Assembly: GCA_025060615.1 (NCBI GenBank)
Contig: JANXBS010000002.1
Location: forward strand, 65,244 to 129,243
Length of the DNA stretch: 64,000 nt
From: Anaerolineae bacterium
Lineage (GTDB): Bacteria; Chloroflexota; Anaerolineae; DUEN01
Direction: 5' to 3'
Position 1 is the first letter of the stretch, and each line of letters starts with the position of its first letter. Position numbers and translations under genes: made by a program. The notes under the pieces are model-generated. The model saw only the letters and a program-made list of their open reading frames with translations. It searched no databases and was not told the origin of the DNA. This document shows, piece after piece, positions 10,516 to 19,234 of this stretch.

Positions 10516-11817
10516 TCAGTCACTGAGCGCATTGGCCTCTAGCCAGTCAGCGATTATCCGGCCTTGGCCGTCCATATGCCGTACCACAGCATCCCGATAG
10601 GTGAGCCAGAAAGTCGTCAGCAGGGAGGCCTCTACCTGACGGTGCTGTAAAAGGTCCTTTACCCATGCGAGTTCATCTCGCATGAAGTTGAGATCGCCTA
10701 AGGCAAGCGCTGCTAAAAGTTGCTGGCAGGTAAAACGTAAGCCTGTATCTATGTCCGCCGCCGACGCGCCTAGCTGGACCATGCGTTGCATGACGTCAAA
10801 GGCGATGGCGTCCCTCGCCTGTAGCAGGGCATTGCGAACACTGATCAATGACGTATCTGGCGGCAGAACCTCTGGCTGCGGCAAATCCCGACGAAGCAAA
10901 ATCTCCGTGCTAGTGAGCGCTTCTTCGATGGTTTCCCCCAAAAAGTGCGCTGGGATGCGATGCCGAATCTCGGGAACGGTATTAAAGATACGGCCACCGT
11001 AGCCCACCGGAATGCCGCTTCCCAGCAGCATACGTGCAGTCTCCTGTAGGACAGCCGCACTGCTCAATAGTTGAGCAGCTAAAATAAGAGCAGTCACTTG
11101 CATATCCTCTAGTATAGCACCTAGACGCTCGGCGGGCACATCACTGCCCAAGTAAAGCACCTGCAAACCACGTCGACGCAGCAATAGCGTCAGTAACAGG
11201 GTGGGCACGCTGTGCTGTTCTGTGGATGGCGTGGCTATCAGTAGGATCTCCTTCCGTGTGGCCGGCGGCGTGGCCTGAACCAAGGTGTGAAGGCGTCGAA
11301 CGATCAACTCTACAGCGAAGTGTTCTTGCTGAACAGTGGCTTGATTGCGATACCACAGTTCACCGATCTCTTGCAACCCTTGACACAGCACCTGTAAGCA
11401 GACACTTTCGATATCATATAGAGCGAAAGCCTGATTCAGCATCTGTTCCGCGGCGCGTTCATCAAAGGCCATACACGCGTTTAACCAGGCGGCGCGAAGG
11501 TGATCTAGAGCAGAAGACGGCACAGTTTGTGCCGCTTCAGACGACGGCCAAACGGACAATGGGTCTCGCCCGTGCTCGCTCAATTTGCGCCACAAGGCAA
11601 CCGCCTGCGAGATGCATATGCCCTCGTCCGTACGCGCCTTAAGCCACTTCAGGGTAGCGATGTCACGCTCAGAGTACAATCGGTGGTCGCCTTGAGTCCG
11701 TTGTGGGGTAGGCAGACCATAGCGACGTTCCCAGGCGCGCACCGTATCGGCCTTCAGGCCTGTCCTCTCTAGGACGGTGCTGAGCCTATAGATTGGCGCG
11801 TCCTGTACCATTGACAT
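10516..11817 (-). CDS. carH: CarH/LitR-type adenosylcobalamin-dependent MerR-family photoreceptor repressor with an extra C-terminal domain
   Basis: MerR HTH with RAWERRYG; W-x9-EH (WYRNQATVQQEH); E-x-H (EQH); LYLG motif; heads the crtB-crtI operon. Confidence 0.88.
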   Translation of the reverse strand: MSMVQDAPIYRLSTVLERTGLKADTVRAWERRYGLPTPQRTQGDHRLYSERDIATLKWLKARTDEGICISQAVALWRKLSEHGRDPLSVWPSSEAAQTVPSSALDHLRAAWLNACMAFDERAAEQMLNQAFALYDIESVCLQVLCQGLQEIGELWYRNQATVQQEHFAVELIVRRLHTLVQATPPATRKEILLIATPSTEQHSVPTLLLTLLLRRRGLQVLYLGSDVPAERLGAILEDMQVTALILAAQLLSSAAVLQETARMLLGSGIPVGYGGRIFNTVPEIRHRIPAHFLGETIEEALTSTEILLRRDLPQPEVLPPDTSLISVRNALLQARDAIAFDVMQRMVQLGASAADIDTGLRFTCQQLLAALALGDLNFMRDELAWVKDLLQHRQVEASLLTTFWLTYRDAVVRHMDGQGRIIADWLEANALSD

Positions 11818-11849
11818 AACCAATCGATCCCTTTATCCAATGCTACGAG

Positions 11850-11915
11850 ATTATAACCCTTCTATCCAATTTTTGTCAAGTTATATCGAAGCGAAATATG
11901 GACAAATTATTGACA
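11850..11915 (-). promoter_or_regulatory. Sigma70-type promoter of the carH-crt operon with an overlapping repeat operator
   Basis: Perfect TTGACA (11874-11879)-18 bp-TATAAT (11850-11855) on the minus strand. Tandem TCGATA/TTGACA/TGGATA at 10-11 bp spacing overlap the -35; plus-strand TGGACA (11899) and TTGACA (11910) are 11 bp apart. Confidence 0.8.
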
Positions 11916-12236
11916 AAGCTTAACGCTAGATCAGCCTTTGCGTATAGCAGGGGATACCCTTGAGGTTGCACACCGTAATAGCCCCGTATTGGAGGCAGAG
12001 CCGAAAGGCGAGGGAACCACTTTCCTCAAGTCTGAGGAAAGAAGCCAAGGAAATGAGATCACGAGCTGACCCCAGCAGAATGCAGCGCTAGCAGCATATA
12101 CAGCATACTCTGAAACGGCTTCGCAAGCGATGGTTGCTGTCAATGAGTTGGTCCTTGTGATGGGCTGACACACCGGCATCCCGAGCGGATTGGCACGGCC
12201 GTGTTCCTTGAGGTCATCAAGTCGGCCAAGCCACCT

Positions 12237-12821
12237 TTATGAGCCGGCCCCACGTAGGAAGACCTCGACGATGAGGTCCACTGCGCCTACAGGATTGCCC
12301 AAGTCTACCGCATGTGCAGGATAGAAGAAAGGATACATCATTCCCAGTAGAATCCACGTTAAGCGAACTGGATCGGCCTGCCTTAGATCACCCAGAGCCA
12401 TCCCTTCGGCCAACACCTCAGCTATAGGGCTTATAAACTGCTCCCGGTATGCGGCATAGAAAGTCTGCCGCGCTTCTGCGCTGATGTGGGTCATTTCCTG
12501 ACTAGCAAGACGGATAATGGCTCGCTGCTCGGGGGGTAAGGATAGGATAGAACGGACGACTGCCCGCAGTCGCACTTCAGTGGTCTGGCCAGAGGCTCGC
12601 GCCTCAGCCACGCGCCTTCCTAGGTCGCGCAGGTCTGCAGACAACACGGCCAGGAATAGCGCCTCCTTGTCCTGGAAATGATAATAAAGGGCTGCCTTCG
12701 AGGCCCCTACCGCCTCGGCGATCTCTCGCATCGAGATAGCATGATATCCGCGGGCGACGAACAACTCCCTGGCTACCTGAATAATCCGATCCCGTAGATT
12801 TGCCAGGTCTTGTTCCCTCAT
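12237..12821 (-). CDS. TetR/AcrR-family transcriptional regulator
   Basis: IIQVARELFVARGYHAISMREIAEAVGASKAALYYHFQDKEALF HTH. Confidence 0.95.
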   Translation of the reverse strand: MREQDLANLRDRIIQVARELFVARGYHAISMREIAEAVGASKAALYYHFQDKEALFLAVLSADLRDLGRRVAEARASGQTTEVRLRAVVRSILSLPPEQRAIIRLASQEMTHISAEARQTFYAAYREQFISPIAEVLAEGMALGDLRQADPVRLTWILLGMMYPFFYPAHAVDLGNPVGAVDLIVEVFLRGAGS

Positions 12822-12849
12822 CCTCGTCCTGCCCCCTCGAGACGCCTTC

Positions 12850-14190
12850 TCAGTCTGCCAGGGCAGAGGCCGGATCAAGCGCAGCCCGATGCTGACGGCG
12901 AGCGAATCCCCCTATATCGACCCGCAGCAAGAGCAAGATCGCCATGCTGAGCCCCAACGCCTCCAGCCAAAAGACCACGCCATAGGCCAGAGCTGGCTTA
13001 GGAAGGGCCCACATGGCCACATCTCGCATGAAGCCCCCGAAGGCGATCCCCAGCCCGCGCGACAGCAGTTGAATCACCGACCACATGGCCAAATAGGTGC
13101 CCGCTTGTGATTCCGCGCTCATCGCCATAAGCAGGCTGGCACCACCTACGGTGAAGATGCCGAAGCCCAGCCCGAATAGGATCAACGACGGTCGCAGCCA
13201 TGCTATCGCCTGGATCGCAGATGCCACGCCGATGAACCCCAGGGACAGGCTCAACCAAGCCATCCCGATCACAGTGGTAGGAACCTGCTGATCCGGTCGG
13301 CGTTGACGCGTGATCAGATAGGCTCCGACCATCCCCATCAACACGCCGATCCCCCAATAGGCGTTGAATCGCGTCGTCTCACCCACCGAGAGGCCGAACA
13401 CATCGCCGCCGAATGGCTCGAGAATCGCGTCCTGCATAAAGGCGAAGAACGCTGCAGTGGCTAAATAGAGCCCATACCTCCGGGCCTGTGGCTCTGACCA
13501 GATCACCATCAGGGCTTGGCGCCACGACAGAGTGTCCGGTGATCGCTGGGGACGCGTCCGCTCTTCTCCAACCACAGCGAAGACCCAGAAGAAGAGCGCC
13601 CCTACCATAGCCATCTCCACGATCTGCCAAAAGCGTGCCAACTCGTAGATGGGCATCACCACCGCATACAGTGCCGGAATGAAGGCGAAGCTTACCACCA
13701 GTATAAACTGGACAATGCTGATGGCCTGTCCTCGGCGCTCATAGGAAGCGCTGTCGTGCACGAGGGCAAGGAAGGGCGCCCCTGAGATCAGCGTCCCCAC
13801 CCCGTACAGGGTGAAAGCGATGAACCCCACCGTCCATCCATACAGGCCTTCTTCCCGACTGATGGCTGCAGCCGAGAGCGGCAGTAACGGCAGAGAAATC
13901 CACATTAGAAGCCGACCTAGCCAGATATATGCCAACCGATAGCTGCCAAAGATCGGGCGCGTGTCTGAGCGGTGTCCGGCCCACAGCGTCAATGGAGCTA
14001 GCAGATAGCGCAAAGCGCTCATTAGCGCGACTAACCACGCCGCTGCGCCCAGCTCTACGATCAACACCCGGTTCCACACAGCCAAGTTCAGCAGGTCGGT
14101 CAGCGATGAACCAATATGGAAGCTGCCCAATTTGAGGGCCCGCCAGGGACTGAAGGCGGGCCCGTGAACCACTGTCGACCCCGAGGACAT
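12850..14190 (-). CDS. BCD (PucC-like, bacteriochlorophyll delivery family) MFS transporter
   Basis: NRVLIVELG, GHRSD, GAPFLALVHD and QDAILEPFGGDVFGLSVGETTRFNAYWG motifs characteristic of PucC/BCD; start could be 14241. Confidence 0.85.
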   Translation of the reverse strand: MSSGSTVVHGPAFSPWRALKLGSFHIGSSLTDLLNLAVWNRVLIVELGAAAWLVALMSALRYLLAPLTLWAGHRSDTRPIFGSYRLAYIWLGRLLMWISLPLLPLSAAAISREEGLYGWTVGFIAFTLYGVGTLISGAPFLALVHDSASYERRGQAISIVQFILVVSFAFIPALYAVVMPIYELARFWQIVEMAMVGALFFWVFAVVGEERTRPQRSPDTLSWRQALMVIWSEPQARRYGLYLATAAFFAFMQDAILEPFGGDVFGLSVGETTRFNAYWGIGVLMGMVGAYLITRQRRPDQQVPTTVIGMAWLSLSLGFIGVASAIQAIAWLRPSLILFGLGFGIFTVGGASLLMAMSAESQAGTYLAMWSVIQLLSRGLGIAFGGFMRDVAMWALPKPALAYGVVFWLEALGLSMAILLLLRVDIGGFARRQHRAALDPASALAD

Positions 14191-14198
14191 GGCCTGTC

Positions 14199-14660
14199 TC
14201 ACAGACGAAACAGAGGACGCCCGTAACTGAGGAAGGGCCATGGCATCGCTGCCAGGACGAGCAGAATCGCTATCCCGTAGAAGATAGCGCTGCGGCGATA
14301 CTTTCGCATGTCCTCACCCTCCCTTTTCGCCAATATCCTGCCCACATGAGCCATGATGATCCCTAGCAGCATGAAGGAAATGTGCTCCGCGGCCCAATAA
14401 CGAGCGATCGTGTCGCCCATGGCGGCGCCGAAATTTCGCAGCGCTGATGTCGTCAGGGGGCTGAACGCCAGATACAGGCTTAACCCCAATAGCAGTTGCA
14501 GGTCCATCGCCATCAAGAAGATTAGGCTTAGCCTATCAGCCCAGACCCCCCATGGCCGGCGTCTAAGCCAGCCCCACAACGAAATGCCGACGGCTGCTGC
14601 CGCCGCTACTACCACTAACCAACGTACCCAAGAATGGGCGATGAGAAAGGCTAGATACAT
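14199..14660 (-). CDS. Four-TM membrane protein with intramembrane histidines (cytochrome b-like, function unknown)
   Basis: AHSWVRW, DLQLLLGL.LY, EHISFM...AHVG and PWPF; four hydrophobic helices. Confidence 0.7.
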   Translation of the reverse strand: MYLAFLIAHSWVRWLVVVAAAAAVGISLWGWLRRRPWGVWADRLSLIFLMAMDLQLLLGLSLYLAFSPLTTSALRNFGAAMGDTIARYWAAEHISFMLLGIIMAHVGRILAKREGEDMRKYRRSAIFYGIAILLVLAAMPWPFLSYGRPLFRL

Positions 14661-14664
14661 CAGA

Positions 14665-16077
14665 TCAACCTCCGTCGATCGAATTCACAGCCCCTGCTCT
14701 ATGAGCCTCTAAACCGATTGTTACCATCTCTTCTGTTCTTGACTTTAGCAACAAAGTGAGGAGACTCAGTAAGCCGGAAATCAGTCCTACGAGCAGATAA
14801 GCTGCCCGATATCCGGACACGCCGCCTCCTGTAGATGCAGCTACTGCGCCCACCAATACGCCCCCTACGAGTTGTCCCACACTGGTGAAAAGGGTCAACA
14901 AGCCCTGAGCTGATGCCCGATCGCTTAGAGGCGCCTCGGTTAGGACGATGTACCGCAACGGAGCGCCTAGTAACATAGATAAGCCCAGCCCGATGAGGAT
15001 GCCAGCAGAATAGAAGAGAGCCAACCTCTGCGCCAATAAGCTGAGCATTAATAATCCGGCTGTCAGCAGGGCCATCGCCAGCAACACGACCAGGCGTGAG
15101 CCCTGCCGATCCAGGAGTCTACCAGCTGCTGGCGCACCGATGGCCATCGCCAGCACAGCAGGCACCAACATAAAGCTGGCCACTGATTCTGAAACTTCGA
15201 AAGTGGCCACAATAAAAGCGGGGATAAACACCAGCGCAGCTTCACTAAGGCCAGCCCCAGCGGAAAACACACTAGCTAAGGCGATCTGGCGGGATCCAAA
15301 GAGGCCCAACCGCACTATCGGATTATCCTGACGCTGCTCCCAGGCGACTAACAAGGGGAGAGCGATCAATGAAATGGCCAGGAATGGCCAGACTTGGGGA
15401 GAACCTAAGCTCTCCCCAAGGCGCAATGTATCTAGCTGGTTCAGCGCGTAAGCTAGGGAGGCCAGCAAGGCCCCTAGAATACCCATTCCGATCGCATCGA
15501 AAGCGAGCCTTTGTCCCAGCCTCCTAGCAGGCAGAAGACGCAAACTGGCGATGATCACTCCCAGGGCGATGGGCAGATTGATCAGAAAGAGCCAGCGCCA
15601 GCCGAAGAGGAGAAGCGCGCCTCCCAGGATAGGCCCGATGAGGAAGGCAATGCCAAAGACTGCGCCGATCAGCCCTAATGCGCCGCCCCGTCTCTCCGGA
15701 GGAAAGGTATCGCCGATGACAGCGCTAGCCACTGGGAAGATACCGCCTGCACCTAGTCCCTGGATAGCGCGCCCCAGGAGAACGAATGAGAACGATGGGG
15801 CAGTGGCCACTATCAGCGAGCCTAGGGCGAAAAGCCCCACGTCGGCCACGTAGATGGCTCGCCGCCCAAGGCTATCCGACAGCTTAGCCATTAAGGGCGT
15901 ACCCACTAAGTTGAACAGTACGTAGATGGTAAAGATCCAAGCGAGAGAGCGCTCACCGATGCCGAAAGCTCGTTGAACGGCAGGCAGCGCTGGCCCAACG
16001 ATGGCAATATCCAGTGCACCCATAAGGACGCCGATGAACAAGAGCAAGAGGACCCGATTTCGCTTCTGGTCATCCAT
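14665..16077 (-). CDS. MFS drug:H+ antiporter (DHA2, 14-TM type)
   Basis: MGALDIAIVGPALP, KLSDSLGRR, GRAIQGLGAGG and GWRWLFLINLP motifs. Confidence 0.92.
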   Translation of the reverse strand: MDDQKRNRVLLLLFIGVLMGALDIAIVGPALPAVQRAFGIGERSLAWIFTIYVLFNLVGTPLMAKLSDSLGRRAIYVADVGLFALGSLIVATAPSFSFVLLGRAIQGLGAGGIFPVASAVIGDTFPPERRGGALGLIGAVFGIAFLIGPILGGALLLFGWRWLFLINLPIALGVIIASLRLLPARRLGQRLAFDAIGMGILGALLASLAYALNQLDTLRLGESLGSPQVWPFLAISLIALPLLVAWEQRQDNPIVRLGLFGSRQIALASVFSAGAGLSEAALVFIPAFIVATFEVSESVASFMLVPAVLAMAIGAPAAGRLLDRQGSRLVVLLAMALLTAGLLMLSLLAQRLALFYSAGILIGLGLSMLLGAPLRYIVLTEAPLSDRASAQGLLTLFTSVGQLVGGVLVGAVAASTGGGVSGYRAAYLLVGLISGLLSLLTLLLKSRTEEMVTIGLEAHRAGAVNSIDGG

Positions 16078-16101
16078 GCTTTTCACCTCAGGTGCTTACT
16101 T

Positions 16102-16115
16102 ACCGACCGGTCAGT
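16102..16115. promoter_or_regulatory. Putative TetR operator
   Basis: Imperfect palindrome ACCGACCGGTCAGT (perfect core GACCGGTC) about 25 bp upstream of the first gene of the TetR-containing operon. Confidence 0.6.
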
Positions 16116-16283
16116 CACATCCTGCAAGATATCGTATGGCGGCTGTAGATGCGGTAAGGATACATCCAATAGATTCTCTAAGAATCGCGTCCTTTGTTCT
16201 GCTTGCGAGACCTATGATATACTCAGCCCTGTGGTAACCATCTTGGCGAGCTGCTGCGAAGGCACCTTTAGGGAGCACGGGGC

Positions 16284-19229
16284 ATGACGCAATCCTCGGC
16301 ACCGGTCACCGCTAGCATCGCAGAGCCCCTCCGCCCATCTCAACAGCCTCTCCCCGACCTCAGGCGAGGTCCGATCTCCCGCGGCCGCGTGTGGACCCGT
16401 CTGCCAGGGCTGCTGATAGGGCTGGCCGATCTTGCGCTCAAACGGCTGTGGCATCACCCTGGCCTGGCGCTGTTGGAGCTGTTCGGCGTCACCCTAGCCA
16501 TCGGTCTAGTTACCAGCGCCGGTTTCTTCGCCCAGGCCGTAGATGCGGTGATGCTCCGCCAAGAGCTGGATGAGCTCAGTCAGATGACGGGAAGGCCGGC
16601 GTTTTCTACCCGTGTGTATTTCTTCCCCTCGCCGCGCAAGCCCATGCCTTTGGAGGTCGCTGAGCAGACAGGGCATCATGTAGCGGACACCCTTTCCTCA
16701 GAGATAGGACTGCCTCTGAAGCATACGGGGCTGCAGGTGGAAAGTGGTAGTCTGATGTTGATGACCCAACCTAATGACCTCCGCTGGGCTGGGGAACGAA
16801 GGCATTTGGGCAGCGTCAACCTGGTTTACATTGCCGGGATCCGCGATCACATGGAGATCGTGGCTGGCGATCCGCTTGACGAGGTAGCGTCTGGCGAGGC
16901 CCTCGACGTGTGGATGCACGCTTACTTCGCTGAGAAAATGGGAGTCCACGTCGGCGAGAGGTTCGAGGTGGCTGTTACACTGAACGATATCCCCATCCTC
17001 GTGCAGATCAAAGGGATCTGGCGAGCGCGTAACCCCAAGGATCCCTATTGGTTTAACAACCCTGACATGGGATTGCGCGAGTCGCTGCTAGTCCGCCGTC
17101 AGGACTATATCGCTCGCGTGCAGCCAACCATTCCATCCGGCACCCGCTTTGTTGCCTGGCACATCATCCTAGACGAGCGTCAAGTCCTACCGGATAAAGC
17201 CCGCCAGTATGCTGCAGGGCTTCAACGTGGTCTGGCTGTCATCAACAAGTATTTGCCAGATGCCAGGCTCGATATGTCGCCATTAGGGCCGCTGGAGACC
17301 TTCGTACAACGCCAGACCACCCTTACGACGACCATTCTGGCCTTTAACGTGCCCGCGTTCGGCTTCCTGCTGTACTTCTTGGTCTTGACCTCAGCGATCG
17401 TCGCCCGTTGGCAACGGCGAGAGACGGCGATCCTGGTTAGCCGCGGCATGGGTGCGTCCGGCGTCCTGGGCCTCACGCTAGTGGAAGAGGTGCTTTTGTG
17501 CCTCGTAGGCCTTCCGCTGGGCATTGGGTTAGGCCTGGGGATCGCCCGTCTGATGGGATACGCTGATAGCTTCCTTTCGTTTACGGGTGCGCGCCCGCCA
17601 TTGCCCGTCTCTTTGCATGGGATGAACCTTGTGCTGATCTTGAGCGCGCTGGGGGTGGCGTTGGCCTCTCGGCTGGGGCCGGCCATCGCCGCTGCACGCC
17701 AAAGCGTGGTCGAGCAAGAGCGAGAGCACGCTCGGCCGCTGCGCAACCCCTTCTGGCATCGGTACTACCTGGATGTCCTGTTGGTCCTGCCAACCGTGTA
17801 TGCTTATCAGCAGTTGTTGGACAAGGGAACGTTGGCCCTGCTGGTACGGGACCGACCTGAGGACCTATACCGCGATCCACTGCTGATCTTAGTGCCGGCG
17901 TTATTCATTCTGACAGCGGCGCTAATAAGCATGCGTCTCTTCCCGCTGGTCATGTGGCTGATGGACCGCCTGGCGAGCGTGGCTCCCTGGATCGTGCCGC
18001 ACTTGGCGCTGCGCCAGCTCGGCCGACAAAGCCAAAGTTATGCTAATCCCTTGCTATTGGTGATCACTTCGCTGGCTCTGGGGATTTACACCCTCTCGAT
18101 GGCGGCCAGCCTGGACCAGTGGCTAGTAGATCGCATGTATTACCGCGTAGGGGCTGATGTGGTCTTTGAGCCGGCTCCGCTGCGGAGAGATGATGGGCCG
18201 ACGGAACCAGCAGCAGGTGCAGATTGGATCCCGCTCCCGAGCGAGTTCCTGGACTTGCCAGGAGTCCAAGCAGTAACGCGAGTGGGGGATTACCCGGCAG
18301 AGATCCAGGTGGGCAACGGCAACAGTATTCGAGGCCGTTTCCTGGCCATTGACCGCCTAGACTTCCCTAAGGTTGCCTGGTTTCGGGATGACCTGGCCGA
18401 TGAGCCGTTGGGTGGGCTAATGAACCGTCTGGCTACCTCGTCGGAAAACCTGTTGGTCTCTGAACAATTCCTGCGCCAGCGCCATTTGCAGATCGGCGAT
18501 CGGCTGACGATCAGGGTAAAGCTGGACGAGCTGACGAAGGTCTCTTCGACTTTCGTCATCGCGGGCACGTATCGCTACTTTCCCACTGTATACGAGGACC
18601 AGGTAGCAGTGATCGGCAATCTAGAGCACCTCTTCTCGTTCTTCGGTGCCACCTTCCCCCATCAAATCTGGCTACGCGTGGCGGAGGGCACGGACGGCAA
18701 GGCCACCCTCGCCGCGGTGCCCCGAAAAGGTGTGGAAGCCACGCGGCCGGAGGATGCACGAGTGCTGATTGCCGAGGAGCAAGCCAAGATGGAACGGGTG
18801 GGCATCTTCGGCACGCTGTCTATTGGCTTTCTGGCGGCAGCTATTATGGCGGCGTTGGGATTGCTCCTTCACAGCTATGCCTCGCTCCGGGAGCGGCTGT
18901 ACCGTTTCGCAGTATTGCGGTCCATCGGCCTGTTGCGGCGTCAGATCGTCGGACAGGTGATTCTGGAGTACAGCGTGCTGACGGCTTACAGCGCCGTGGC
19001 GGCTATCGTGATCGGCGCTTTCGCCTCCCAACTCTTCATCCCGTTCTTCCGGATCACCGGCGAGCGAGGAGTCCCGCTGCCTCCTCTGCTGCCGGTGATC
19101 GCCCAGGACCGGATCGTGCCGTTGGCCATCGCCTTCGCCGGCTTCATGATCTTGATGGAGCTGGCCGTGGTCGCCATGGCGCTTTATCGCCGGCTGTTTG
19201 AGGCGGTCCGCATGGGAGATCAGGGATAG
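16284..19229 (+). CDS. FtsX/MacB-type ABC transporter permease (two FtsX domains)
   Basis: QRRETAILVSRG and RLYRFAVLRSIG FtsX motifs; two large extracytoplasmic loops; 981 aa. Confidence 0.88.
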   Translation: MTQSSAPVTASIAEPLRPSQQPLPDLRRGPISRGRVWTRLPGLLIGLADLALKRLWHHPGLALLELFGVTLAIGLVTSAGFFAQAVDAVMLRQELDELSQMTGRPAFSTRVYFFPSPRKPMPLEVAEQTGHHVADTLSSEIGLPLKHTGLQVESGSLMLMTQPNDLRWAGERRHLGSVNLVYIAGIRDHMEIVAGDPLDEVASGEALDVWMHAYFAEKMGVHVGERFEVAVTLNDIPILVQIKGIWRARNPKDPYWFNNPDMGLRESLLVRRQDYIARVQPTIPSGTRFVAWHIILDERQVLPDKARQYAAGLQRGLAVINKYLPDARLDMSPLGPLETFVQRQTTLTTTILAFNVPAFGFLLYFLVLTSAIVARWQRRETAILVSRGMGASGVLGLTLVEEVLLCLVGLPLGIGLGLGIARLMGYADSFLSFTGARPPLPVSLHGMNLVLILSALGVALASRLGPAIAAARQSVVEQEREHARPLRNPFWHRYYLDVLLVLPTVYAYQQLLDKGTLALLVRDRPEDLYRDPLLILVPALFILTAALISMRLFPLVMWLMDRLASVAPWIVPHLALRQLGRQSQSYANPLLLVITSLALGIYTLSMAASLDQWLVDRMYYRVGADVVFEPAPLRRDDGPTEPAAGADWIPLPSEFLDLPGVQAVTRVGDYPAEIQVGNGNSIRGRFLAIDRLDFPKVAWFRDDLADEPLGGLMNRLATSSENLLVSEQFLRQRHLQIGDRLTIRVKLDELTKVSSTFVIAGTYRYFPTVYEDQVAVIGNLEHLFSFFGATFPHQIWLRVAEGTDGKATLAAVPRKGVEATRPEDARVLIAEEQAKMERVGIFGTLSIGFLAAAIMAALGLLLHSYASLRERLYRFAVLRSIGLLRRQIVGQVILEYSVLTAYSAVAAIVIGAFASQLFIPFFRITGERGVPLPPLLPVIAQDRIVPLAIAFAGFMILMELAVVAMALYRRLFEAVRMGDQG

Positions 19230-19234
19230 CAGGT

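Noticed and set aside
11931..12236. Possible cobalamin riboswitch, sRNA or 82-aa ORF between tetR and carH (hairpins GCCGAAAGGC and TTTCCTCA-AGTC-TGAGGAAA)
   Set aside because: No B12-box or other riboswitch consensus on either strand, and the ORF has no RBS or motif. Two small hairpins are insufficient evidence.
12850..14190. PucC-like gene as evidence that the organism is a chlorophototroph
   Set aside because: No bch, puf or csm genes are in the window. A BCD-family transporter alone does not establish phototrophy.
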